A stretch of 57,573 bases of DNA, taken from assembly GCA_026389455.1 (NCBI GenBank), contig JAPLHV010000180.1, forward strand, positions 1 to 57,573, written 5' to 3'. The translations under genes were made by a program, and so were the position numbers. Source of the DNA: Coprothermobacterota bacterium (GTDB taxonomy: Bacteria > Caldisericota > JANLFM01). The notes under the pieces were generated by a model, which was not told the origin of the DNA, ran no database searches, and saw only the letters and a list, made by a program, of their open reading frames with translations. Shown in pieces: positions 17,688-27,133 of this stretch; position 1 is the first letter of the stretch, and the number at the start of each line of letters is the position of its first letter.

Positions 17688-20600
17688 ATGCGTAGAATAA
17701 TTGTAGGAAAAGTAACCTGTCTCGTTCTGATTATCTTCATGATCTCCTCTGCTTTCGTCCCTGGTTTTGCGTCCGGACATGAAAACAACTCCGGGTTTGT
17801 TCCGGAATATTCCTCCATTCAATCCACAGTTCAAAATAACTCCCTGGCTGCCGGCGCTGGTCAGACCCTCGGCCTGAAGGGGGACGGCACGGTCTGGGTT
17901 TGGGGAGACAACGGCAATGGTCAACTGGGTTTGGGGGACACCACCGACCGATCCACCCCAGTGCAGGTCACTGCCCTGGGCAACGATATAACAATCTTAG
18001 AAGCAGGTTCATACCATTCCCTTGCCCTGAAGGGGGACGGCACGGTCTGGGCCTGGGGATATAACGGCAACGGCCAGTTAGGGTTAGGAGACAATACTAA
18101 TCGCTATACCCCGGTGCAAGTCACTGCCCTAGGAGACAACGTGGTGGCTCTGACAGCCAATGGAGGCCACACTTTAGCCCTGAAGGGGGACGGTACAGTC
18201 TGGGCTTGTGGATACAACGGCAATGGTCAACTAGGGTTGGGGGACACTGCTGACCGCTCCAGCCCAGTTCAAGTACTCGCCCTAGGCAACAACGTAAAAG
18301 CCTTGACTACTGGTGAGTACCATTCCTTAGCTCAAAAGGAGGACAGCACGGTTTGGGCTTGGGGAAAAAATGACCACGGTCAGCTGGGGCTGGGGGACAC
18401 CATCAGCCGCTTAACCCCGGTACAGGTCACTTCCCTGGGTAGCAACGTGGCGGCAATGGCTGCCGGTGGGATGCATACCCTATCTCTAAAGGATGATGGT
18501 ACAGTCTGGGCTTGGGGATGGAACAACAATGGTCAGCTGGGGCTGGGGGACACAACCGACCGTCTCAGTCCTGTTCAGGTCACCGCCCTGGGAAGCAACG
18601 AAGTAGCTGTAGCTGTCGGCTGGATGCATACCATAACTCTAAAGGATGATGGTACAGTCTGGGCTTGGGGATACAACGGCAATGGTCAGCTGGGGCTGGG
18701 GGATAACACTAACCGATCCAGCCCAGTTCAGGTGCTCGCTCTAGGTAACAACGTAACGTCCTTAACCACTGGCGAGTACCATTCCCTGGCCTCGAAGGAT
18801 GACGGTACGGTCTGGGCTTGGGGAATGAACAACCATGGTCAGCTGGGGTTGGCAGACACCACAGACCGCCTCAGCCCGGTGCAGGTGCCTACCTGGCAGA
18901 GTCCACTGAACCCTCCCTCTGGCCTCACCGCAACGGCCGTTTCCTCAGGCCAGATCAACCTCTTTTGGATGGATAACTCCGGCAACGAGGAGAGCTTCAA
19001 TCTCGAGCGCAAGACCGGCAGCGGGGGAAGCTGGTCGCAGATCGCCACTGTCGGTGTCAACGTCACCAGCTACTCCGACACTGGACTTGCTTCTAACACC
19101 CCCTATTATTACCGCGTCTGTGCCTTCAGGGCCGCCGGCAACTCAGTCTATTCCAATGAGGCTTTTGCCACCACTTCGAACAATACCCAATATAATCAAA
19201 CCTTATTCAGTGGCTGGAACATGGTTACAGTTGGATTGCAGACACCACTTGCTCCCGCCCAATTGTTCGGCTCTAGTTTCCAAGCAATCTACCGTTGGGA
19301 ACCGATTGGAGGAACATATTTTACGCCACAAGCGTTGGAACCTGGACTAGGCTACTGGGTGAAAATGGCAGCGGCTACGACGATAACTGTCCAAGGCACT
19401 CCCCTCGTTTCCCGAACCCTCCCGCTTTCTACTGGATGGAATCAGGTTGGCAGTCCCTTCGGCTCCATTACCCCCTGGTCCACGGTGAAAGTGGCAAAAG
19501 AAGGAACTGAGTACTCAATAATGGAGGCTAAGCTGGCCGGCTGGATCATTCCTGCCTACTCTTGGAACGGAACCTCCTATGATGTAATAGACTACGAATC
19601 CTCAGCGATGGGCGTGGGTCAAGGATTCTGGATCAAGGCCAATACCGCGGGGATGTCCTTTTTGTTTGGTAACCTTATTCCTTCAAAGGCTTCGATCGCA
19701 GCTGGAGCATTCCATACCCTTGCCCTGAAGGGGGACGGCACAGTGTGGGCATGGGGATCAAACAGTGATGGCCAACTTGGGCTGGGAGACGGAGCCACCC
19801 GCTACTATCCAGTGCAAATCACTAGCCTGGCTGATAATGTATCATCCCTGGCTGCTGGTGGGTACCATACTGTTGCCTTGATGAAAGATACCACGGTCTG
19901 GGCTTGGGGAAGCAATTTTTCTGGCCAGCTGGGAGTGGGGGACTCCACTTCCAGCAATAGCCCGGTACAGGTCACTTCCCTAGGTAGCAATGTAGTAGCT
20001 CTTGTCGCGGGATGGGGGTATACCCTAGCCCTAAAAAGTGACGGCACAGTCTGGGCTTGGGGAGAGAACAGCAATGGTCAACTGGGTTTGGGGGACACCA
20101 CTCATCGCTCCATCCCGGTACAGGTCACTTCCCTAGGAAGCAACGTGACAGCCTTGACCGCCGGTGGGTGGCATACCCTTGTGATGAAGGAGGATGGTAC
20201 AGTCTGGGCTTGGGGAAACAATGGCTCTGGCCAGCTAGGACTGGGAGACACCACCGACCGTCTCAGTCCTGTTCAGGTCACCGCCCTGGGAAGCAACGTG
20301 ACAGCTCTCGCCGCTGGCGGGGACCATACTTTGGCTCTGAAAAGCGACGGCACGGTCTGGGCTTGGGGATGGAATAGCAATGGTCAGCTGGGTTTAGGGG
20401 ACAAAACTAATCGCTCCATCCCGGTACAGGTCACTTCCCTGGGAAGCAACGTGACAGCCTTGACCGCTGGTGGGTGGCATACCCTTGCGATGAAGGAGGA
20501 TGGAACAGTCTGGACTTGGGGATGGAACAATCTTGGTCAGCTGGGGTTGGGGGACACCACCGACCGATCCACCCCAACAAAAATAACTTCCCTAAATGGC

Positions 20601-20759
20601 AATATGACAGGCTTGACCGCTGGTGGGTGGCAGACTTTTTCCGTGAAGGGGGATGGCACGGTCTGGGCTTGGGGCTGCAACGGCAACGGCCGACTGGGGC
20701 TGGGAGACACCACCAACCGTATCAGCCCTGTGCAGGTACCTATCAATCTCAACCCGTAG
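17688..20759 (+). CDS. Secreted RCC1/BLIP-II repeat protein with FN3 domain
   Basis: Signal peptide, ~7 RCC1 repeats (LKGDGTVWAWGxNxxGQLGLGD), FN3 (PSGLTATAVSS...YYYRVCA), then ~7 more RCC1 repeats. Confidence 0.92.
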   Translation: MRRIIVGKVTCLVLIIFMISSAFVPGFASGHENNSGFVPEYSSIQSTVQNNSLAAGAGQTLGLKGDGTVWVWGDNGNGQLGLGDTTDRSTPVQVTALGNDITILEAGSYHSLALKGDGTVWAWGYNGNGQLGLGDNTNRYTPVQVTALGDNVVALTANGGHTLALKGDGTVWACGYNGNGQLGLGDTADRSSPVQVLALGNNVKALTTGEYHSLAQKEDSTVWAWGKNDHGQLGLGDTISRLTPVQVTSLGSNVAAMAAGGMHTLSLKDDGTVWAWGWNNNGQLGLGDTTDRLSPVQVTALGSNEVAVAVGWMHTITLKDDGTVWAWGYNGNGQLGLGDNTNRSSPVQVLALGNNVTSLTTGEYHSLASKDDGTVWAWGMNNHGQLGLADTTDRLSPVQVPTWQSPLNPPSGLTATAVSSGQINLFWMDNSGNEESFNLERKTGSGGSWSQIATVGVNVTSYSDTGLASNTPYYYRVCAFRAAGNSVYSNEAFATTSNNTQYNQTLFSGWNMVTVGLQTPLAPAQLFGSSFQAIYRWEPIGGTYFTPQALEPGLGYWVKMAAATTITVQGTPLVSRTLPLSTGWNQVGSPFGSITPWSTVKVAKEGTEYSIMEAKLAGWIIPAYSWNGTSYDVIDYESSAMGVGQGFWIKANTAGMSFLFGNLIPSKASIAAGAFHTLALKGDGTVWAWGSNSDGQLGLGDGATRYYPVQITSLADNVSSLAAGGYHTVALMKDTTVWAWGSNFSGQLGVGDSTSSNSPVQVTSLGSNVVALVAGWGYTLALKSDGTVWAWGENSNGQLGLGDTTHRSIPVQVTSLGSNVTALTAGGWHTLVMKEDGTVWAWGNNGSGQLGLGDTTDRLSPVQVTALGSNVTALAAGGDHTLALKSDGTVWAWGWNSNGQLGLGDKTNRSIPVQVTSLGSNVTALTAGGWHTLAMKEDGTVWTWGWNNLGQLGLGDTTDRSTPTKITSLNGNMTGLTAGGWQTFSVKGDGTVWAWGCNGNGRLGLGDTTNRISPVQVPINLNP

Positions 20760-21161
20760 CTCCGATCCGATGGGCATCAATCCGTGGGTGATGGAGAAAA
20801 AAGGAAAACTAATAAATTGAAACGATTAGATGGAGCAGTTAAGATGCTCCAATCTCATCTCTTGTAATAAGATCCGATACTGAATACAGCAGCAGTTAAT
20901 TGTGCCAAAGACCCAAAAGGAGGACTGAGTATAACCTCTGCCCTCCTCTTCCCACTCACCTTCTACCAATCCTACTCATTCTTTTATTAGCGATTTAATC
21001 CATTTAAAACTTTACATCGAAAGTCTCAATAAGAAACAACATTAATAATTGGAATTAAATATATTAGAATAAAATAGTATGATCAAAGATGGCAATGCGT
21101 AATAGCATAAATGATATTAATGGTAAGAAGGTAAATGGTAAAGTAAGTTTATTGCAGAAAG

Positions 21162-21599
21162 CTAATCTTGTTTGGAAGTTGCCTGATATGTTTCTAGTGC
21201 GCGAATAAGAATCTTTACCACGCTGCGCTCCAACTGCAAGTCAGATTCCGCTTGTACCGGGCTGCTGGGTCCGCCAAGCTGGTTTATTCTTAATTCCTCA
21301 TCTGACTCCCCAGGAGTTTGGTGGCTATAAAATTGGTAGATCGATCTGATCTTGCGCAGTTCAGAATCATCCACCTTAACCAAACCGTAAAACTCACAGA
21401 TCTTAAGAATGAAATCTATTCTCGGCTGGCTTTTCCCATGCATCCAATCATATATCGTTGACCGCTGAACTTGCAGGTATTCAGCAAGCTGCGGAACACT
21501 TCCGCCCGTAGTTAATTCCCAATTGCGAATCGCGAGCCCCAAAAGAGAGTAGGGTTTGCGTCCTTCCCTTTCCGTTGTCTCCGCTGTGTTATTTACCAT
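21162..21599 (-). CDS. XRE-family HTH transcriptional regulator
   Basis: QLAEYLQVQRSTIYDWMHGKSQPR HTH; adjacent to the integrase. Confidence 0.8.
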   Translation of the reverse strand: MVNNTAETTEREGRKPYSLLGLAIRNWELTTGGSVPQLAEYLQVQRSTIYDWMHGKSQPRIDFILKICEFYGLVKVDDSELRKIRSIYQFYSHQTPGESDEELRINQLGGPSSPVQAESDLQLERSVVKILIRALETYQATSKQD

Positions 21600-21823
21600 T
21601 TTGTCGTTATCTAAACATTAATTATCGGATAATTCCATTAAAGATAGCAAACAATAAAAAGTGGAGACAAGTTAAACTAGGCAGCCCTTTCGGTAGCGCA
21701 AATAGTTCAGCCAAAAAATAGAGAGTCGTTGCAATTCTCTACGCATTGCCCCACCTGCAAGATCTCTCATATTTGGCAGTAAACCCCTAAACCAAGATTC
21801 CTTGGACACAAGACTCAGAACTC

Positions 21824-21866
21824 CAAACAGCTGGAAGCGTTTCTGTTGAATGCTTCCAGCTGTTTG
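21824..21866. terminator. Long hairpin downstream of the integrase
   Basis: CAAACAGCTGGAAGCGTT / AATGCTTCCAGCTGTTTG inverted repeat. Confidence 0.6.
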
Positions 21867-21906
21867 CTTGTCAATGAACTGACGAAGCCGGATTTAGGAT
21901 GGCTTG

Positions 21907-22845
21907 TTAGTGCAAGAACTTGGTTGGCGTGAATTTCGCATGTGTCTTTTTCAAGTCTTTTAAATTCAGATGCACATATTTCACCGCAGCCGCTTGGGTT
22001 TTATCACCTAACAATTCTTGGATTTCTAGTACCGTCGCTCCCGCCCTCGCTGCTGCTGTCGCGAAGGAATGACGAAAGAGATGCAAATACAGGCGGATGC
22101 CTGTTGCCTTTTCCAACCGACGGATTATACCGCGTAACCCTCCATAATAAAGCCGGCTCCCGTCGCTATTTTGAAATAACCATGGTGATGAGGGAGAAGG
22201 CCGATGGCGAAGATACAACTCAATAGATTTTTTTGTTGGTTTATCCAGGCAAACTGGTCGCAGTCCCGTTTTTCCATTCACCACGAAGGTGTTATCTACA
22301 AGATTAATATTCCCAATCTGCATAGAGATCAACTCACCAGCGCGGATGCCGGTTGAAATAAGAATCCATACAATGGCAGTGTCACGTTGCCATTGCCGGG
22401 TTTTCCGAGCTGCGTCTATTACTTTTTGGTTTTGCTCGTCCTCAAGGATAGGGAAATTTCTTTCTTGAGTTTTCAGAAACGAAATCCCATCAAAGAAATT
22501 CTTGCCGTATTTCCTTGACGCAACAAATTTGTAAAGTGCCCGAAGTGCGCGCAGATAAGTATTGATTGATTCTGCACTCATTCTCGCATTGCCTCTATAT
22601 CCTGGGCATTTTCGCAGGTGGTCAATAAAGTCTTCGATATCCTCTCGCGACTTTGGCTCTCTACCTCCTAGAAATGACCCAAATCGACGAAAAGCATCCT
22701 CATAATCTTTGATTGTGCGCATACTTCTGTCTAATCGCTCGCGGCTGTCCAAGAAGCGTTTCATCGTTTCTTTAAATAGGAATTTGGTAGTGTTGCTCTT
22801 GCGAGCAGTTTGGTTAGTCCTTTCGGATTCTGTAGTTATCAACAT
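21907..22845 (-). CDS. Tyrosine recombinase/integrase
   Basis: TGIRAGE (R), GKTG (K), HLFRHSFAT (HxxR), LLGD, KYVH (Y). ATG 22845 chosen from the promoter position. Confidence 0.92.
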   Translation of the reverse strand: MLITTESERTNQTARKSNTTKFLFKETMKRFLDSRERLDRSMRTIKDYEDAFRRFGSFLGGREPKSREDIEDFIDHLRKCPGYRGNARMSAESINTYLRALRALYKFVASRKYGKNFFDGISFLKTQERNFPILEDEQNQKVIDAARKTRQWQRDTAIVWILISTGIRAGELISMQIGNINLVDNTFVVNGKTGLRPVCLDKPTKKSIELYLRHRPSPSSPWLFQNSDGSRLYYGGLRGIIRRLEKATGIRLYLHLFRHSFATAAARAGATVLEIQELLGDKTQAAAVKYVHLNLKDLKKTHAKFTPTKFLH

Positions 22846-22851
22846 GTTCAA

Positions 22852-22881
22852 ATAGTAACAAAAACTACATAACAATGTCAA
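22852..22881 (-). promoter_or_regulatory. sigma70-type promoter of the integrase
   Basis: TTGACA-18 bp-TACTAT on the minus strand. Confidence 0.6.
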
Positions 22882-22897
22882 GAACACCAAATAGAAC

Positions 22898-22949
22898 CAT
22901 CTGACTCTTAATCAGAGGGTTACAGGTTCGAGTCCTGTGCGATCCACCA
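22898..22949 (+). other. att site: 3' half of tRNA-Lys(CTT)
   Basis: CTGACTCTTAATCAG anticodon arm, ACAGGTTCGAGTCCTGT T arm, ends CCA. The 5' acceptor strand and D arm are absent. Confidence 0.88.
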
Positions 22950-23082
22950 AGTCAAAGCGCGACTGCCTTGGTCATGGGGAAACCCATAACTTATAGTTAT
23001 ATCTCAGTCGAACCTCCCGGCAGCGCTCAAGTGCCAAAAAAGAACTTACTGCCGAAAAAGCCGAGTTGATGGGCATGGTTGG

Positions 23083-23800
23083 TCACAGCTTCAGGAGTGG
23101 CAAGGCGTTCTGCATTTCCTGATAGACGCAGTCGATCTTCCAATCGGCCAGTTCCTCCACGCAGTATTGCTCCGCTAATCGTTGCACCAGAATGAAGCCC
23201 AGGTAGTAGCCGCAGGCCGGCGGGATGCCCAGATCATTCTCCTCCACGCCCAAGAAGGCCCGTTTCATGGACGGGTCGGTGGAGCTCATCTCCTCTGCCA
23301 GCCGTCCACAGAGTTCGCTGAAATGGTCTGCGATCTCATTCATTTGGTTCGCCGAAAAGCCCAGGCACTGGCTGAGACGATAGCCGGGGACAACCAAGGC
23401 GGAGGCGTAAGCGGCCAGGACATTGCGGCCTTGGACATCCACAACCTTGCCGTTGAAAGAAAAGGACACAGTTAGATAGTAGTCGGCTTGAGGGTCGAAA
23501 CGCGGGAACTGCTGCTTGAAGGCGGACCGGCCATCTTGGATCAACTGGGGGGCTTCTCACGACTTCAATCCAGAACTGCTCGATCAGGGACTGGCGGAAG
23601 CGGTCACGCTCAACCCCCTCTTGCTTGCGGTAGAGGACTTCGCTGAAAAAGAACGGGTCGAGGGGTTCCAGACGGGTCAGCCACAAACCGGCCCGTTCTT
23701 CTTCGGATCGGTCCCGGCCTTCTTGGGCATAGGAGAGGAACGCCTCCGCCAGATTGATCAGGCGATGCCCGTCGGTAAGGAGCCCAGAAGACAGAGCCAA
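23083..23800 (-). pseudogene. Frameshifted DUF2268-like predicted Zn-protease gene
   Basis: Two overlapping frames join near a G6/C6 tract (~23547-23552). C-terminal GYYLG motif present; no HExxH seen. Confidence 0.45.
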
Positions 23801-23886
23801 AGGCCCGAGGTCGGAGATAGAGGGCTGCTGAATCCTGCCACTTCCTCAGGAACCGCGACGGAAGATGGGACATAGGAGGCATTGGG

Positions 23887-24448
23887 AGACATGCTGCCGC
23901 AGGCTGTTCTGCGCCGCCTTTCGAGATGATTCATCGATTTGTCGGCGGTTCCAACCACACGGCAGTTTGAGCGGTTGCCTGCTTAAAAAACCTTGCTATG
24001 ACGCCCTGCCGGGAGCTGACAACTTGATGCCTTTGACGTACAATAAGCGGGAGGTGATAACGAGATGATGAGAGAGATCGATATTGAGATGGGTAATCGT
24101 ATCCAATTCCTCATGAAACGACGAGCTTTGGCCTCACGAGAGTTGGCCCGGGATTTGGAGGTCAGTCCATCCAAGTTCTTTCACATCATCAACGGGAGAG
24201 CCGCCCTCAAGCCGGACTTGGCCGTAGCTCTGGCCAAGTATTTCAACATCACGCTGGACGAACTCTTCGGCCGGGCGCCGATGCCGAACGAGATCACTGT
24301 ACGAACGAAGTTGCCGCGCGGCTACACCCGGGAAACTTGGCAAGCCCACCTGCAGAAACTAGTCGACAGGATAGGCCAGCAACTCTTGGATCGACAAAAA
24401 GCCGAGAGAGCGAACAAGCTCTGAAGAAGACATGCTGCCGCAGGCTGT
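23887..24448 (+). repeat. 21-bp direct repeats AGACATGCTGCCGCAGGCTGT (23887-23907, 24428-24448) flanking the XRE gene, plus a variant core at 24006
   Basis: Exact sequence identity; members of the CTGCC-NNN-GGCT family. Confidence 0.85.
24065..24424 (+). CDS. XRE-family HTH regulator
   Basis: ELARDLEVSPS...IING...LAKYFNITLDELFG; RBS GGAGGTG. Confidence 0.85.
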   Translation: MMREIDIEMGNRIQFLMKRRALASRELARDLEVSPSKFFHIINGRAALKPDLAVALAKYFNITLDELFGRAPMPNEITVRTKLPRGYTRETWQAHLQKLVDRIGQQLLDRQKAERANKL

Positions 24449-24568
24449 CAACTGGCGCCGAATCAGCCGTTTGATTATCATGAATAAACCACCGGCGCTG
24501 GTTGCGTCGCCTTGCCCCTGACGAGATATAGCGGGCAGTCGACGAGGCCTCCAGATGAGGAGAGTGCG

Positions 24569-25540
24569 ATGAAACGAATCGCAGTTCTGACCAGCGGGGG
24601 GGATGCTCCCGGGATGAACGCGGCCATCCGTGCTGTGGTGCGAACCGGTATCGACCGAGGGTGGGAAGTCTTTGGCATTCGCCATGGTTACAAGGGATTG
24701 ATTGAAAGTGAATGCGTACCCCTTGGCTTGCGCGATGTCGGTGGCATCATTCAACAGGGGGGGACCATCCTTGGGAGCGCCCGTTGTCCCGAGTTCAAAG
24801 AGGAGGCCAGCCGGCGCAAAGCGCTGGAGAATCTCGCCTCCATCGGCATCGAAGGATTGGTGGTGATCGGGGGAAACGGCTCTCAAGCCGGTTCTCTGGA
24901 ACTCTCTCGGATGGGTTTTCCCGTGGTCGGAGTAGCTTCAACCATTGACAATGACCTGTATGGCTCGGATTTGACGATCGGAGTGGATACTGCCCTCAAC
25001 ATCGCCCTGGAGGCTATCGATCGTCTCAAGGTAACGGCCTCCTCGCACCATCGCGCTTTCCTGGTGGAGGTAATGGGGCGGGAATTCGGCTACCTGGCTC
25101 TTGTGGCTGGGATCATCGGCGGAGCGGAGGCGATCGTGCTGCCGGAAGTGGAGATCGACCCGGAGGATCTCGCCGACGAGATTCGCCGATCCTACCAGCG
25201 CGGCAAGCCCCATGCGCTAGTGGTGGTGGCAGAGGGAGCTGCCTATAACGCTGGGTTGCTGGCCCAGTACTTCCAGAGGCACCGCGACCGCCTTGGCTAC
25301 GACCTGCGGGTGACGATCATCGGCCATGTTCAACGGGGGGGCTCGCCTGGGGCTCTCGACCGTTTGTTGGCGACGCGACTGGCGGCCGGCGCCACCGCTG
25401 CCTTAGAACGGGGTGAATTCGGAGTGTTGCTGGGTTTGCGGGGCAGCGAAGTGAAGGCTACTCCTTTGGAAGAGGTCGCTTCTAGGCGAAAGGAATTGGA
25501 TCCCGCCTTGCTTGCCTTAGCCAAGGTTCTAGCCGCTTAA
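24569..25540 (+). CDS. pfkA: ATP-dependent 6-phosphofructokinase
   Basis: IAVLTSGGDAPGMNAA, TIDND, EVMGR and GHVQRGG motifs. Confidence 0.96.
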   Translation: MKRIAVLTSGGDAPGMNAAIRAVVRTGIDRGWEVFGIRHGYKGLIESECVPLGLRDVGGIIQQGGTILGSARCPEFKEEASRRKALENLASIGIEGLVVIGGNGSQAGSLELSRMGFPVVGVASTIDNDLYGSDLTIGVDTALNIALEAIDRLKVTASSHHRAFLVEVMGREFGYLALVAGIIGGAEAIVLPEVEIDPEDLADEIRRSYQRGKPHALVVVAEGAAYNAGLLAQYFQRHRDRLGYDLRVTIIGHVQRGGSPGALDRLLATRLAAGATAALERGEFGVLLGLRGSEVKATPLEEVASRRKELDPALLALAKVLAA

Positions 25541-25598
25541 TCCCAAGAGACCACGACGGACAATGCCGACAAGGGCGATAAGGATGTAGAATAGAGCT

Positions 25599-25985
25599 GT
25601 GTTTAGGCGTATTCGATGTTTGGATTGGGGATTGGCGCTATTGGTAAGCGCTCTCTTGGTGGGTTGCACACCGCCCTTCGCCTCTCCTTTGCCGAGCGGC
25701 AATGGATCTCCGGTAGCGCCGACAAACCCGACGATGACGCTTTCACCCGCCCAAACCCTACCCAGCCAGACGGTTACTCCCAGCAAGGCGCTTCGTTTTA
25801 TCAGCAGTGCGGCGGCCAACCTGCGAGAAGGGCCGGGAGAGCAATACGAGGTGATCGGTCGCTTCCCACGCGGCGCCGAAGTGGAACTCCTCTGGCAGGA
25901 GGGAGAGTGGGCTAGTGTCCGGGTGGAGGGGAAGACGGGTTTCCTCTATCTTGGTTTCCTCACCCCGATACGGCCGACTCCTTGA
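25599..25985 (+). CDS. SH3-domain lipoprotein
   Basis: Lipobox LLVGC; ANLREGPG...W..V...GKTGF bacterial SH3 pattern. Confidence 0.8.
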   Translation: MFRRIRCLDWGLALLVSALLVGCTPPFASPLPSGNGSPVAPTNPTMTLSPAQTLPSQTVTPSKALRFISSAAANLREGPGEQYEVIGRFPRGAEVELLWQEGEWASVRVEGKTGFLYLGFLTPIRPTP

Positions 25986-26043
25986 GCATTCTTGCGTCAA
26001 GCGAAGAGGCATGCGAATCAATCATGAAGGTGAAAAAGGAGGC

Positions 26044-26931
26044 ATGATGAATTGCACACATTGTGGCAGTCCCTTGCATGAGGGGGACAGATTCTGTTGG
26101 AAATGCGGGCAAAACACTCCCGACTCACAGGGAGAGAAAGAGGAAACACCGCTGACTTCCGAGGGCCGGCAGCCGACAGATGTGGCCCAGCCGGCAGCCC
26201 CAGCAATCGCTGTAGGGGGGGTCGCGGTTAATCAGCCGCAGCCGTCATCGCCGGCCGCCAAGGAGTTAGGTTTAGGGAAGGAACCCAACTTCTTCGATCG
26301 CAAGGAAAAGGAGGTTCCCCAAAGCGAGTTAGTCCCGCCCTCTGCTGAGCGCTCCAAGCAGATGCTGAGCTCGCGGCCCAGCGGGATCGTCGAAGAGAAG
26401 GAAGAGTTCGTCTGGCATGGACGCCGTTCGCTATTGGAGTTCATCGCCCAATGGTGCTTGGCCGCTCTCTTCTGTGTCCTTGGCATGGTCGTCCTCATCT
26501 GGCGGGTACCCCTTGCCGACAGCCTAGCCGCCTTCTTCAAGGTCAACCAGCCGATCTGGTACACCATCTGGGGGTGGGTCGCCCTGGCTCTCTTCGCGGT
26601 GGGCGTTTTCCTCGTGCTGATGATTTTCTACTACGTCTTGGGCAGCTATTACCGTCTTACCACCCAACGCTTCATCCGCCAACGCGGCTTCATTGCCCGG
26701 AAGATCGACTATGTGGAGCTGATGCGCGTCCGTGACATGGGGGTGGACCAGTCTTTCCTTGACCGCATCTTCGATGTCGGCGATCTGCAGATCCTCTCCA
26801 GCGAGCGCCTGGTTCCCGATGTCAAGGTCAACGGGATCCGTCGTCCCTACGTCATGCTGGAGGAGATCCGCCGCCGGGTGATACACGCCCGGGCAGTCCG
26901 TGGAGTGGGCATCCTGGAAGTGGACAAGTAG
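26044..26931 (+). CDS. Zinc-ribbon / bacterial PH-domain membrane protein
   Basis: CTHCG...FCWKCG, two TM helices, YRLTTQR...QSFLDRIFDVGDL. Confidence 0.8.
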   Translation: MMNCTHCGSPLHEGDRFCWKCGQNTPDSQGEKEETPLTSEGRQPTDVAQPAAPAIAVGGVAVNQPQPSSPAAKELGLGKEPNFFDRKEKEVPQSELVPPSAERSKQMLSSRPSGIVEEKEEFVWHGRRSLLEFIAQWCLAALFCVLGMVVLIWRVPLADSLAAFFKVNQPIWYTIWGWVALALFAVGVFLVLMIFYYVLGSYYRLTTQRFIRQRGFIARKIDYVELMRVRDMGVDQSFLDRIFDVGDLQILSSERLVPDVKVNGIRRPYVMLEEIRRRVIHARAVRGVGILEVDK

Positions 26932-26960
26932 CCGGGTTTGGCCTATCGTTCCGCTGATGC

Positions 26961-27045
26961 GCGAAGGTGGCGGAATTGGCAGACGCGCTGGACTTAGGAT
27001 CCAGTGGTTCATACCATACGGGTTCGACTCCCGTCCTTCGCACCA
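26961..27045 (+). tRNA. tRNA-Leu(TAG)
   Basis: GCGAAGG...CCTTCGC-ACCA acceptor stem, anticodon TAG, long variable arm, GGTTCGACTCC. Confidence 0.96.
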
Positions 27046-27133
27046 CCTTATTAGCCCCCGGCAGGGTGTTCTGTGCCCCACGCCGCGCACTTTCCCGGCG
27101 AGGGAAAGCCGCCCTAGATAGAGAGGTGAAATT

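Larger units (their letters stand above)
1..22949. mobile_element. Integrated phage-like element / genomic island inserted at tRNA-Lys(CTT); left end lies outside the window
   Basis: Tyrosine integrase and XRE regulator sit next to a duplicated tRNA 3' half. Dense co-oriented ORFans and phage-associated families (GP88, MoxR/DUF2201, A1S_2505-like, SLOG). Visibly lower GC than the housekeeping region after 23 kb. Confidence 0.85.

Noticed and set aside
17688-20759. Near-identical DNA repeats as a DGR template/variable pair
   Set aside because: All copies are in-frame RCC1 blades, differences are not adenine-specific by eye, and no reverse transcriptase is in the window.
22892-22949. Functional tRNA-Lys gene
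   Set aside because: No 5' acceptor strand or complete D arm; it is the duplicated att fragment.
22987-23001. ATAACTTATAGTTAT palindrome beside att as a recombinase core site
   Set aside because: Single short AT-rich palindrome with no partner site identified.
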